Shown one piece after another: positions 54,016-63,314 of a stretch of 64,000 bases of DNA. The notes below the pieces were generated by a model. It did no database searches, was not told the origin of the DNA, and was given only the letters and a program-made list of their open reading frames with translations. Where the stretch lies: NCBI GenBank assembly GCA_001443385.1, contig LDXP01000001.1:5285-69284 (forward strand), given 5' to 3'. The translations under genes and the position numbers were made by a program. This stretch comes from Candidatus Rokubacteria bacterium CSP1-6. GTDB taxonomy: Bacteria; Methylomirabilota; Methylomirabilia; Rokubacteriales; CSP1-6. Every line of letters starts with the position of its first letter. Within the stretch, counting starts at the first letter, position 1.

Positions 54016-55734
54016 TCAGAGGCGGAAGAGGGAGCCGGCGCCCCCCCTGGCCGCCAGCCGGTGGGCCAGCCAAGTCCCGCACCCGACCAGGACGATGGCC
54101 ACCACCCCCAGCGCCGCGCCGGGCCCCCGCCCGACGGCGGACTGCATGTACACGTAGATGCCGTAGGAGAGCGGGCCGAGCTCGATGCGCGGCACGAGCA
54201 GGATGGTGGAGGAAAGCTCCACCGCCGACGTGATGAACGCGATGAGCCCGCCGGCCAGGAGGCCTCGGGCCATGAGAGGGGCGGTCACCCGGGCAAAAGT
54301 CCGGAGGCGGTTCGCGCCGAGATTCTGCGCCGCCTCCTCCAGGGCGAGAGGCAGCTGCTGGAGCGCCGCGTAGGCGCTCCTCACCGTGTAGGGAAGCCGG
54401 CGCATCGCGTAGGCCAGGACTAGGATGAGCCACGTGGCTGTCAGGGGCTCGCCGAGGCCGGGAAAATTCCAGCCGTGGAACATGCGAAGGTAACCCACCG
54501 CGAGCACGACCCCGGGGATCGCCAGGGGCATCGTGGCGATGACGTCGAGCCACCCCCTACCGCGCACGCTCCCGCGGAGGAGCAGCCAGGCGATCGCCGC
54601 GCCGAGCGCCACGTCCGCGGCCGCGGCCAGCAGGGCGTAGCGGAGAGTGTTCCAGATGAAGCCCGTGGTGCGAAAGAGGATCTCCTCGTAGTTGCCGAGG
54701 GTGTACACGGTGGGCAGGAGGGAGAGGCTCCACACCTTGGAAAACGACAGGAGGAAGATCCCCACGTGCGGGAGCAGCGCGGGCCCCAGGAGCGCGGCGG
54801 CGATGAGCCACGCCGCCAGGGCCGAGGCCCCGCTGAGCCGCCGGGGCTCGACCTCGGCGCTCCGTTGAAGCGCGGCGTACTCCGACAGCCCGAGGGCCGC
54901 CTTGGAGCCCCAGAGCGCCAGCACCGACAGCACGACCAGAATCACGCAAATGACGTAGCCGTCCACATCCGTGAGCCCGACGGTCGTCACGCGGAGATAG
55001 GCCTGGGGCGCCAGCAGCTTGGTGTAGTTGAGCATGAGGGGCGTGCCCAGATCATCGATGACGCGGATGAACGTGATGAGGGCCCCCGCCGCGTATCCGG
55101 GAAGCGCCAAGGGAAGGAGCACGCGGCGAAACAGACGAAAGCCGGACGCTCCCAGGTTCTGGGCAGCCTCTTCGAGCGACGGGTCTACTCCCGCCAGGGC
55201 GGCAGCGGTGTTGACCATGATGAAGGGAAAGTAGTGAAGGGTCTGGACCAGCACCACGCCGGTGAGCCCTTCCATCAGCGGGAGGGTCGTGCCGAACGTC
55301 TCGAGGAGCCACAGGTTCACCATCCCGCTGCGCCCGAGGATCTGCTGGAAGGCCACGGCCCCGACGAAGGGCGGGATCACGAGGGGCAGCATGCCGAGCG
55401 TCTGGAGGACGGCCTTTCCCGGGAACGCGTGGCGCACCGTCAGGAACGCCAGCGGCACGCCGACCATGCTCCCGAAGAGCACCGCCAGAAAGCCCGTCGC
55501 CAGCGTGTTGAGCAGGGATTCCAGAAAGAGGGGGCGCCGGAAGAAAGCGACGAGATGCCGGAGCGTGAATCCCCCCGTGTCGCCCGCCACCGCCACGGAG
55601 AGCACCTGGAGGAGCGGGTACAGGATGCCGGCCGCGAGCAGCAGGAGGAGCGCCAGCACCAGGACCCCCTCCGGGTCCCAGAGCCGGGTACCCGCGCCGG
55701 GGGCGTGGGCGCGTCGGATGAGGGGGAGGTTCAC
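54016..55734 (-). CDS. iron(III)/thiamine-type ABC transporter permease, two fused BPD_transp_1 domains (FbpB-like)
   Basis: About 570 aa with duplicated permease domains, each carrying an EAA-like motif (EEAAQNLGASGFRLFRRV, EEAAQNLGANRLRTFARV). The start is uncertain. GTG at 55734 was chosen because the ORF-track TTG at 55812 would overlap the upstream ORF. Confidence 0.8.
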   Translation of the reverse strand: MNLPLIRRAHAPGAGTRLWDPEGVLVLALLLLLAAGILYPLLQVLSVAVAGDTGGFTLRHLVAFFRRPLFLESLLNTLATGFLAVLFGSMVGVPLAFLTVRHAFPGKAVLQTLGMLPLVIPPFVGAVAFQQILGRSGMVNLWLLETFGTTLPLMEGLTGVVLVQTLHYFPFIMVNTAAALAGVDPSLEEAAQNLGASGFRLFRRVLLPLALPGYAAGALITFIRVIDDLGTPLMLNYTKLLAPQAYLRVTTVGLTDVDGYVICVILVVLSVLALWGSKAALGLSEYAALQRSAEVEPRRLSGASALAAWLIAAALLGPALLPHVGIFLLSFSKVWSLSLLPTVYTLGNYEEILFRTTGFIWNTLRYALLAAAADVALGAAIAWLLLRGSVRGRGWLDVIATMPLAIPGVVLAVGYLRMFHGWNFPGLGEPLTATWLILVLAYAMRRLPYTVRSAYAALQQLPLALEEAAQNLGANRLRTFARVTAPLMARGLLAGGLIAFITSAVELSSTILLVPRIELGPLSYGIYVYMQSAVGRGPGAALGVVAIVLVGCGTWLAHRLAARGGAGSLFRL

Positions 55735-55741
55735 TCGGAGG

Positions 55742-56215
55742 TCAGGGGCGCGAGCCGGGGGAGCGCTCCTGGGCCAGGCGCTGCTCGATCTCCTGTTTCT
55801 CCTCGATGGCAACCAGCAGCCTCACCCCCTGATCCGCCAGCTCGAGCTCGAGCTCGTTGACCCGGTCCCGGAGCCCGTGGAGCGCGCGCCGGTGGGCGAG
55901 GCCGATGGCGCCGAAGCCGATCCCCCCCGCCAGGAGGAGGCAGAGGATGACGTACGTTTCCGTCGCGCGGAGGATCGCCATCCCCGGGCCGCGCGGCCGC
56001 GCAAGAGCCAGAGCCAGAAGGAGTCCCCAGGCGCAGACCGCCGCGGCCAGCGCCTCGCGCGCGCCGTGTCGAAGGGCAACGAGCGCTACGAAGGCGAGGG
56101 CGAGGGGGGAGTAGGCGGGGAGGAAGAGCAGGGTGAGGCCGCCCAGCAGCAGCAGCCCGAGGACGATCTCGACGAAAGGGGAGCGCCGGTCGGCGGGCAG
56201 ACCCAGAGGTCTCAC
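55742..56215 (-). CDS. hypothetical membrane protein with C-terminal coiled-coil
   Basis: 157 aa with three hydrophobic helices, then LHGLRDRVNELELELADQGVRLLVAIEEKQEIEQRLAQER. It sits between the STAS gene and the permease. No family recognised. Confidence 0.35.
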   Translation of the reverse strand: MRPLGLPADRRSPFVEIVLGLLLLGGLTLLFLPAYSPLALAFVALVALRHGAREALAAAVCAWGLLLALALARPRGPGMAILRATETYVILCLLLAGGIGFGAIGLAHRRALHGLRDRVNELELELADQGVRLLVAIEEKQEIEQRLAQERSPGSRP

Positions 56216-56258
56216 CGCTCCGAACCGGCTCGGTAGGGCCCCCGGCGCGCCAGCGGGA

Positions 56259-56597
56259 CTACCCCCACGATGCGACGGCTTCCTGGCGGGTGGCGTGAAC
56301 GGACATCACCTTGATCAGGCGGGTCATCTCGAAAATCGACCGGACATCGTCCTGGAGAGCGCAGAGCTTGAGGTTGCCGCCGGCGGCCCGCGCCTGCTTC
56401 ATGGCCGCCACCAGCGTGCCGAGCCCTGAGCTGTCGATGTACCCGACACCGCCGAGGTCCATGACCAGCTTGAGCTGCCCCTTGTCGATGAGTTCGGTCA
56501 GGACCCGCCGAACCTGGTCGGCGGCTCCCATGTCGAGGTCACCCGTCGGAACCACGACGGTAACGTCCTGCGACTGCGCGACCTGGATCTCCATCAT
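56259..56597 (-). CDS. STAS-domain anti-sigma-factor antagonist (SpoIIAA/RsbV-like)
   Basis: 112 aa with the phosphorylatable-Ser context (LVMDLGGVGYIDSSGLGTLV). Confidence 0.85.
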   Translation of the reverse strand: MMEIQVAQSQDVTVVVPTGDLDMGAADQVRRVLTELIDKGQLKLVMDLGGVGYIDSSGLGTLVAAMKQARAAGGNLKLCALQDDVRSIFEMTRLIKVMSVHATRQEAVASWG

Positions 56598-57016
56598 TCC
56601 CTCCTCCGATACTTCACGAGTGTCCAGCGTGTCCCCTGCTCCTGGGTCACGTCGTACGAGAGCTCGTCCACGAACTGCCGCACGAGGTGCAGGCCGATCC
56701 CGCCCTCGGGCACCGCCTCGAAGTCGGGCGGCCGGTACGCTTCGGGATCGAACTTCTTCCCGAAGTCCCGCACCTCGATGACCAGCCGGTTCTCGTTCCC
56801 CTGTACCGAGACGTGGATCGGCTTGCCGCCGAGCCCGGCATACGCGTGCCTGATGGAATTCGAGCAGATCTCCCCGACCGCCACCTGGAGGCCGAACTGC
56901 TCTTGATTCTCCACCTTCAGGCGCGTGAGCTCCCCCCGGAGCCAGTCCCGCAGGCGAGCCAGGTGCTGCGGCTCGCTGGTCAGCACGAAGGTGCCCTCCG
57001 GACCCCCGTCTCTCAT
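56594..57016 (-). CDS. anti-sigma regulatory factor (Ser/Thr protein kinase, RsbW/SpoIIAB-like HATPase_c)
   Basis: 140 aa with N-box and G-box motifs (EICSNSIRHA...EGGIGLHLV). ATGA overlap with the STAS gene. Confidence 0.82.
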   Translation of the reverse strand: MRDGGPEGTFVLTSEPQHLARLRDWLRGELTRLKVENQEQFGLQVAVGEICSNSIRHAYAGLGGKPIHVSVQGNENRLVIEVRDFGKKFDPEAYRPPDFEAVPEGGIGLHLVRQFVDELSYDVTQEQGTRWTLVKYRRRE

Positions 57017-57088
57017 CGTGTCGTTACGCTCGGGGTCGCCCCAGCATTTTTCGAGTATAGCAGGGGAGCCATGGTCTCCAAAACTCCG

Positions 57089-58258
57089 CTAGGCCCGGAG
57101 GACCACGAGCGTGAGGTCGTCACGCAGGGGGCCCGGGCTCTTCTGGATCTCGTCCGCGATGGCCTCGGCAATGGCCTGCGGGGGTTTCTGGCGGTTGGCC
57201 TCGAGGAGGCTGCAGAAGCCCTCGGTGCCGAGCATGCGGCCGTCGGGCCCGACGGACTCCACCACCCCGTCGGTGTACAGCGCGAGCAGATCACCCTGGG
57301 TCAGCTGAACCCGGCGCTCGTCGAACTCCGCCTCATCCATGACACCCAGAATCGTCCCCTCGGCCTCCAGCACGCGGGGCGGCTGGCCGGGCCGGAGCAG
57401 GATCGGCTTGACGTGGCCGGCGTCGCCGTAGACCAGCTGCCGGTCGGGCCCCAGGAGACAGAAGAACATGGTGACGAACATCGAGGGCGGGATATCCCGG
57501 CAGAGGTAGTGGTTCAGGCGGGAGAGCACCTGAGCGGGAGGATCGCCGTCCGCCGCGGTGACCCGGAAGAGCGTGCGTACCATGACCATGAGCAGCGCGG
57601 CGGGAATCCCCTTGCCGGACACGTCTCCCACGGAGATCCCCAAGCGCCCGTCCGGCATGGCGAGAAAGTCGTAAAAGTCTCCGCTCACGGTCTCCGACGA
57701 GAAGAGCACGGCCCCGAGCTCGATCCCGTGGATGGGCGGCGGCACCTTGGGGAGGAGGGACATCTGGATCTCGCGGGCCACCTCCAGCTCGCGCGAGAGC
57801 CGCTCCAGCCCGCGCTCCGAGAACCAGTCGCCGAGAACGCCCATCAGCGGGTTCAGGTAGCGGAGCTTCTCGCTGCGCTGGAGGAGCGTATGGATCCGGG
57901 CCATGAGCTCGGCCGCTTCGAAGGGCTTGGGCACGTAGTCGTCGGCGCCCTTCGTGAGTCCCGCGACCCGGTCGGCCACCGCCGCCTTGGCGGTCAGCAT
58001 GATCACGGGGATTTGAGCGGTGCCCGGGTTCTCCCGGAGCTTCTGAAGCACACCCATCCCGTCGAGCCGCGGCATCATGACGTCCAGCAGGATCAGGTCG
58101 GGCCGCGACTCCTTGACGCGCTCAAGCGCCTCGATCCCGTCGGAGGCGGACACCGCCGTATATCCGGCCGCTTCCACGACGGCCCGCGCCAGCTCCACGT
58201 TGTCGGGATTGTCGTCCACGACGAGGATCTTCGCCACGCGGGCGGCCTCAACCATCAA
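57089..58258 (-). CDS. response regulator receiver fused to PP2C-type (SpoIIE/RsbU-like) phosphatase, copy A
   Basis: 389 aa with a receiver domain (ILVVDDNPDN...LDVMMP...YVPKPF) and a PPM domain (GDFYDF, GDVSGKG, DGV). Confidence 0.85.
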   Translation of the reverse strand: MMVEAARVAKILVVDDNPDNVELARAVVEAAGYTAVSASDGIEALERVKESRPDLILLDVMMPRLDGMGVLQKLRENPGTAQIPVIMLTAKAAVADRVAGLTKGADDYVPKPFEAAELMARIHTLLQRSEKLRYLNPLMGVLGDWFSERGLERLSRELEVAREIQMSLLPKVPPPIHGIELGAVLFSSETVSGDFYDFLAMPDGRLGISVGDVSGKGIPAALLMVMVRTLFRVTAADGDPPAQVLSRLNHYLCRDIPPSMFVTMFFCLLGPDRQLVYGDAGHVKPILLRPGQPPRVLEAEGTILGVMDEAEFDERRVQLTQGDLLALYTDGVVESVGPDGRMLGTEGFCSLLEANRQKPPQAIAEAIADEIQKSPGPLRDDLTLVVLRA

Positions 58259-58267
58259 TTTTCACCA

Positions 58268-59458
58268 TCAACTTCCACTCTCCTCGTCGAGCAGGCCGCC
58301 CGAGGCCCTCAGGATCAGGAGCGCGAGATCGTCCCGGCTCACGCCTCCGCCTCGGCCCTGCGCCTCCGCCAGCACGGCCCGGGCCACCGCCTGGGGTGGC
58401 TCGGCGCGGCGCGACTCGATGAGGGCGGCGAGGCCTTCCACTCCCAGCGCCGCTCCCGCCGCGTCGGTGGCTTCCACCAGCCCGTCGGTGTAGAGGACGA
58501 CCTGGTCCCCCGCCTCCAGCAGCAGCTCCTCCTGCGGGTATTTCGCATCCTCGAAAGCGCCCAGCACGGGACCGCCCAGCTCGAGAACCTGTGGGGGCCG
58601 CCCCCGGCGCAGAAGGATGGGATTGACGTGCCCGGCGTTGGCCAGGCTCAACCGGCGGCCGCCACCGAGGCTCAGCACGCCGAACACCATGGTCACGAAC
58701 ATGGAGGGCGGGAGGTCGCGGTGGAGAAACCGGTTCAGCCGGCGGACGATTTCTCCCGGAGCGTCCAGCTCCCATGCGGTGGCGCGCAGGAGCGAACGAA
58801 CCATGACCATGAGCAGGGCCCCCGGGATGCCCTTCCCCGACACATCGCCGATGGCGAACCCGACTCCGCCGGGCATGGGGATGAAGTCGTAGAAATCCCC
58901 GCCCACGCTCTTGGTCGGCGCCAGGGCCGCGCCGACCTCCACCCCGGCCAGGTTGGGCAGGGCCGGCGGGAGGAGGCGGAACTGGATTTCGCGCGCCGTC
59001 TCCAGCTCGTGACCGAGCTGCTCAATCCCCTGGACCGAGAACCACTCCCCCAGCACGCCCATGAGCGGCCCGAGGGCGCGCACCTTCTCGCTCCGCCTGA
59101 GAAGGGCGCGGATGCGGACGAGGAGCTCCTGGGGCACGAACGGCTTGGGCACGTAGTCGTCGGCCCCCCACTCAAGCCCCTTCACCCGGTCCTCGACCTG
59201 GGCCTTCTGCGTGAGCATGATCACGGGGATCTGGGAGGTCTCGGGGTTCTGGCGGAGTGACCGGAGCACGTCCAGGCCGTCACGCCCCGGCATGAGGATG
59301 TCCAGCAGGATCAGGTCGGGGGGCGACTGCCTCACCCGCTCCATGGCCTCGACGCCGTCGGCGGCCCTGACAACGCTGTAGCCTGCCTGCTTCAGGATCA
59401 CGTCCACGAACTGGCAGACGGCCGGGTCGTCGTCGGCCAACAGGATCTTCGCACTCAT
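58268..59458 (-). CDS. response regulator receiver fused to PP2C-type phosphatase, copy B (tandem paralog)
   Basis: 396 aa with the same architecture as copy A. Many motifs are identical (ILLADDDP...LDILMP...GGDFYDF...GDVSGKG). Confidence 0.85.
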   Translation of the reverse strand: MSAKILLADDDPAVCQFVDVILKQAGYSVVRAADGVEAMERVRQSPPDLILLDILMPGRDGLDVLRSLRQNPETSQIPVIMLTQKAQVEDRVKGLEWGADDYVPKPFVPQELLVRIRALLRRSEKVRALGPLMGVLGEWFSVQGIEQLGHELETAREIQFRLLPPALPNLAGVEVGAALAPTKSVGGDFYDFIPMPGGVGFAIGDVSGKGIPGALLMVMVRSLLRATAWELDAPGEIVRRLNRFLHRDLPPSMFVTMVFGVLSLGGGRRLSLANAGHVNPILLRRGRPPQVLELGGPVLGAFEDAKYPQEELLLEAGDQVVLYTDGLVEATDAAGAALGVEGLAALIESRRAEPPQAVARAVLAEAQGRGGGVSRDDLALLILRASGGLLDEESGS

Positions 59459-59589
59459 CAGGCCCCCTCGTCATGCAAACCCAAAACCACCCCAACACAC
59501 CTAAAATACCAGAGAGTTACGCGATCCCGGCGTGAAGAGAGGCGTGACAATGGGTGCCATGATGGCACGTCTGTGCCATCAACCTTCCG

Positions 59590-60921
59590 CTACTTGGCCG
59601 CGGCCAGAGCCCGCTCGGCTGCCTCCCGGGCCCGGGCGTAGTTGGTCTTGGCGAAGCTGTCCCACTCGGTCTCGCGCTTCGATTTGACGTCGGGCTTGTC
59701 CTTGAACGCGGCGTTGATCTCCTTGTCCGAAGCGCGCGTCGCATCCACCGGCATGGCCGTCGCCAGCTTCTTCGCCTCCGCGAGGGACTGCTCGGCCTGC
59801 GCCACGCTCTTGCCGGCCGCCCTCGCCTTCCCGACGGCATTCTCGGCGGCGAAGATGGCCGCCCAGGCGGCCCGGAGCTCGGCGTGGCGGAACGTGATCA
59901 GATGATCGTAGAGGGAGTTCAGCACGTTTCGCCGGGAGGACGACAGCTTGCCGTTGAAGTTCACCCCGCCGAGCTTCATCGTGAAGAGGTTGGGATAGGC
60001 CGCCGGAGCCTTGGCGTACAGGTCGGGAACCACCGGCAGCCGGCCGATCTCGGGCGAGAACAGGCGGAGCTGGCCCTCGTCGGACAGGAGGTACTCGACG
60101 AAGGCGCGCGCGTTCTCCGCGTTCGGGCCGCCCTTGACCACCGCCATCGAGGCCGGCACCACGGAGGTGAGCGAGGGATAGGCGAAGGCGACGGGATGTC
60201 CCGACGCGATGGCGCTCAGGCCAAAGAAGTCGATCACGACTCCGATCCCGTACTGTCCGGAGAGGACGGCCTCGGGAACGCCGAAGCTCCGCTCGGTGAT
60301 GGACCCCATATTGCCACCCATCTGGAGGAGGAGGGCCCATCCCTTCTCCCAGCCGTACGCCTGCAGAATCACCTCGATGGTGAGGTGCGTGGTGCCGCTC
60401 CGGCTGGGGGCGGAGATCACCAGGTGGCCGTGGTAGCGCCCGTCCGCCAGATCGGTCCACTCCTTGGGCTGGGGGAGTTTGTGGAGCGCCAGGTAGCGGG
60501 TGTTCCACATGAGGCCGTAGCCGGAGACCGCGAAGCCGAAGTAGTGCCCATCCGGGTCGTGGATCGGGAAGGTCCCGATGGTCTTCGGAATACGGCTCAG
60601 GAGCGCATCCGGCAGCGCGACCTTTTCGAGGAGACCATCCGCCTTCAGCACCTGGAAGGCGTCCACCGCCGAGGCCCAGAAGATGTCGGCGTCCGGCTTC
60701 GCGCGTGTCTCACGAAGGTAGGTGATGGCGGCGTTGGTCTGCTGGGGCTTGACGACCACGCGGACGCCCGGCCGGGCCGCCTCGAAGGCCTTCTTGTAGG
60801 CCTCGAAGAGCTCCTTCGGGAAGGAGGTGACGATCACCACCTCCTTGGTCGCCGCGAAGGCCGACGGCGCCCCCAGGAACGCCACCAGGCCGAACACGAG
60901 AAGTTGGAGCAGCGCGCGCAT
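59590..60921 (-). CDS. ABC transporter periplasmic substrate-binding protein (Fe(III)/thiamine-type, SBP family 1) with Lys/Ala-rich C-terminal extension
   Basis: Start at the ATG (MRALLQLLVFGLVAFLGAPSAFA, a signal peptide), which has GGAGGG upstream. SBP_bac_1-like fold. An unusual ~90-aa helical, charged C-terminal tail is present (AAENAVGKARAAGKSVAQAEQSLAEAKKLA...). Confidence 0.78.
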   Translation of the reverse strand: MRALLQLLVFGLVAFLGAPSAFAATKEVVIVTSFPKELFEAYKKAFEAARPGVRVVVKPQQTNAAITYLRETRAKPDADIFWASAVDAFQVLKADGLLEKVALPDALLSRIPKTIGTFPIHDPDGHYFGFAVSGYGLMWNTRYLALHKLPQPKEWTDLADGRYHGHLVISAPSRSGTTHLTIEVILQAYGWEKGWALLLQMGGNMGSITERSFGVPEAVLSGQYGIGVVIDFFGLSAIASGHPVAFAYPSLTSVVPASMAVVKGGPNAENARAFVEYLLSDEGQLRLFSPEIGRLPVVPDLYAKAPAAYPNLFTMKLGGVNFNGKLSSSRRNVLNSLYDHLITFRHAELRAAWAAIFAAENAVGKARAAGKSVAQAEQSLAEAKKLATAMPVDATRASDKEINAAFKDKPDVKSKRETEWDSFAKTNYARAREAAERALAAAK

Positions 60922-61004
60922 AGTCCCTCCGATCCGGCGCACCATTATAGATCAAGAGGCCGCGAAGCCCCGGAAGGACTTTGGAGCGGTCAGGAGCCAG
61001 GGGG

Positions 61005-61913
61005 TCATCGCGCGGGGCCTCCCGGCCCGCCGCGGAGCAGGAGCGTTTCCAGCGCGGGGAGCGCGTCGAGCAGGACGTCGCCCACGACCTGGAGGCTCCG
61101 CGGGGAAAGTTTGTCCAGCGTGTCCTCGGGCGTGTGCCAGTAGGGCTCGTAGTCGAAATCGATCAGGAGCGCCGAGGGGATCCCCGCCCGGAGGAACGGC
61201 GTGTGGTCGTCCTCCACGGTAAGGGTCTCGTTTAGGAAATGAGCTTGATGACCGAGCCGCGTGGCGCTCCCCCAGAGGAGGTCGGTGAGCCACGGGGTGG
61301 AGGCCGCCTCGCGCCGGATGTTGAGCCGGCGATCGCCGATCATGTCCACCACGACTACGGCCTTGAGCTGCGCGGCGCGGCCCTCGCGCTGAAGCGACCC
61401 GGCGAGGTGACGCGAGCCGTAGATCCCGTCGGTGGCGCTCCAGTCGCGCCGGGCTTCTTCCCCGTCGAAGAAGACGATCCAGTAGGTGAACTCCCTCGGC
61501 CGCCGGGCGAGCGACCGGGCCAGCTCCAGGAGCAGCCCGCTGCTGGATCCCCCATCGTTGGCCCCCACGAACCTGAAATTGGGAAAGAACTTCGTGTCGT
61601 AGTGGCCGCCCACCAGGATCGCCTCGGGCCGCCCGCCGGGCAGCTCGGCGATGACGTTGACCATCCGGATCGGCCCGTCGGGCGTCTGGGCCGTGAAGGG
61701 CTGCTCGCGGACCCGGGCGCCGGCTTTTTTCAGCTCTTTCACGATATAACGTCGCGCGCTGGCGAGAGTCTCGGATCCGGCCGGCCGCGGTCCGAACCCC
61801 ACGAGCCGCTCCACGCGGGCGAGGGCCGCCTGCCCGTCGAAGGCCGGTCCCGCCACACCCGGACGCGGCAGCAGCAGCGCCGCCACGGCCAACACGACGG
61901 GGAGCGCCCTCAC
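61005..61913 (-). CDS. M28 family zinc peptidase (aminopeptidase / glutaminyl-cyclase-like)
   Basis: The GTG start (VRALPVVLAVAALLLPRPGVAG, a signal peptide) overlaps the methyltransferase stop (GTGA), with GGAG upstream. Metal-ligand context HYDT, DGEE and DMIGD are present. The N-terminal 91 aa of the ORF are junk. Confidence 0.8.
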   Translation of the reverse strand: MRALPVVLAVAALLLPRPGVAGPAFDGQAALARVERLVGFGPRPAGSETLASARRYIVKELKKAGARVREQPFTAQTPDGPIRMVNVIAELPGGRPEAILVGGHYDTKFFPNFRFVGANDGGSSSGLLLELARSLARRPREFTYWIVFFDGEEARRDWSATDGIYGSRHLAGSLQREGRAAQLKAVVVVDMIGDRRLNIRREAASTPWLTDLLWGSATRLGHQAHFLNETLTVEDDHTPFLRAGIPSALLIDFDYEPYWHTPEDTLDKLSPRSLQVVGDVLLDALPALETLLLRGGPGGPAR

Positions 61914-62743
61914 CGGGGCCGCTCCCGAGGCTTCACCCCGACGACGCCGTAGAAGTTGAGCGTCATGAGAAAGGTCTTCGCGTACGCCCGGGCTTCGATC
62001 CCCGCCAGCCAGCGCTCGGCCTGCCGCTCGCTCACGATCTTCCACTTCACCGCGTTCTCGGCGCGGCGCAGGAGAAAGGTGCGGGTCCACGGCTCGAAGG
62101 TGGTGTCCTGATACACGTCCGTGAGCAGGCGCACCGAGTCGAGGCCGAGAGCGGAGAGCTTCCGGGGGAGGGTGCGGCCGCTCCACGGATCCGCGTAGAT
62201 CTTCCTGGCCACGCCCTCGAAGATCCGCTGGGTGAGGGCCGGATCGGGATGGTCGAGCGCCAAGGTTCCAAAGTCTTGATCCTGAACCGCTACGATTCCT
62301 CCGGGGCGCGTGACGCGGATCATGTCCCCGAGGAGCCGATCGGCGTCCGGCACGTGGAGGAGCACCGTCACGGCCAGCGTCGCATCGAACGCATCGTCGC
62401 TGAAGCGGAGACGCCTACCGTCTCCGAGTTCGAAGCGCACCCGGGAACCGAGCCCGTTCTGGCGCGCCAGCCGCCGCGCCTCGCGCACGAAGACGCGGCT
62501 CGGATCGACGCCGATCACCCGCCCGCTTTCACCGACCAGCGCGGCCACATCGCGGCAGACGACGCCGCTGCCGCTCCCGACCTCCAGCACCTTCCACCCC
62601 GACCGGATCCCCGCAAACGCCAGGAACCGCCGCCGGAGCCGGACCTGGGTCGGCGTCCGGCCGCGGTCCTCCAGGCCCTCGACCATCTTGAGGGGATCGG
62701 GCTGGCGATCGGGGGCGCGGTAGGGATCCGGGTGCAGAGTCAT
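61910..62743 (-). CDS. class I SAM-dependent methyltransferase
   Basis: 277 aa with SAM-binding motif I VLEVGSGSGV and motif post-I. Confidence 0.82.
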   Translation of the reverse strand: MTLHPDPYRAPDRQPDPLKMVEGLEDRGRTPTQVRLRRRFLAFAGIRSGWKVLEVGSGSGVVCRDVAALVGESGRVIGVDPSRVFVREARRLARQNGLGSRVRFELGDGRRLRFSDDAFDATLAVTVLLHVPDADRLLGDMIRVTRPGGIVAVQDQDFGTLALDHPDPALTQRIFEGVARKIYADPWSGRTLPRKLSALGLDSVRLLTDVYQDTTFEPWTRTFLLRRAENAVKWKIVSERQAERWLAGIEARAYAKTFLMTLNFYGVVGVKPRERPR

Positions 62744-62746
62744 CGG

Positions 62747-62980
62747 CTACCCGGAAAAGCGCGCGGCGCACTCCCGGCTGCAGAAGTAGTGGGTCGTGCC
62801 CCCCGCCTCCCGCCTCACGGCCCGGGAGCGGAGGACGTAGGTCTGGCAGACCGGGTCTTTCACGAGCTCGTCCTGAATCGCCCGCGGCCGTCCGGCGGGT
62901 GGAGGCAGGAGGCGCCGCACGATCGGCCACAGGAGGAAGACGAGAAGAAGAAGCGACCCCAGAAGGAAGAGCCCGCGCAT
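62747..62980 (-). CDS. small membrane-anchored YHS/TRASH-domain protein
   Basis: 77 aa with an N-terminal TM helix, then DPVCQTYV...THYFCSRECAARF, the YHS-type metal-binding motif. Confidence 0.6.
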   Translation of the reverse strand: MRGLFLLGSLLLLVFLLWPIVRRLLPPPAGRPRAIQDELVKDPVCQTYVLRSRAVRREAGGTTHYFCSRECAARFSG

Positions 62981-62986
62981 GGGCGA

Positions 62987-63262
62987 TCAGGCGGAATCGG
63001 GGCGGATGGACAGCGTGCGGAGGAACTCCCGGTCCTGAGGGGTGAGCTGGATCTCTTCGCCCCGGGGAGCCTTGGGATCCGCGGCGGCGCCGGCGAAGAA
63101 GATGGCCGTGTCGGCGCCCCGCTTGAGGATCTCCTCGACGGTCTCCCGGGCGGCCTGGGACGCGGCCAGCGAGCACTCGATCGCCTTGAGCAGCTTCTCC
63201 ATCAGCCCGTCAACGTGCTTGTCCCGCGCCATCCCGTCAGTACGATACCGGCCGGTTCTCAT
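62987..63262 (-). CDS. hypothetical small protein
   Basis: 91 aa helical protein (MEKLLKAIECSLAASQAARETVEEILKRG). No family recognised. Same strand as the flanking operon. Confidence 0.3.
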   Translation of the reverse strand: MRTGRYRTDGMARDKHVDGLMEKLLKAIECSLAASQAARETVEEILKRGADTAIFFAGAAADPKAPRGEEIQLTPQDREFLRTLSIRPDSA

Positions 63263-63314
63263 CCTGTCAAATCGTCTGGTATTTTAGGGGGAGGCACTCA
63301 GGAGGATCGATGCC

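Noticed and set aside
56687-59260. 857-aa plus-strand ORF
   Set aside because: It is antisense to the partner-switching genes (RsbW-like, two RR-PP2C) and has low-complexity translation.
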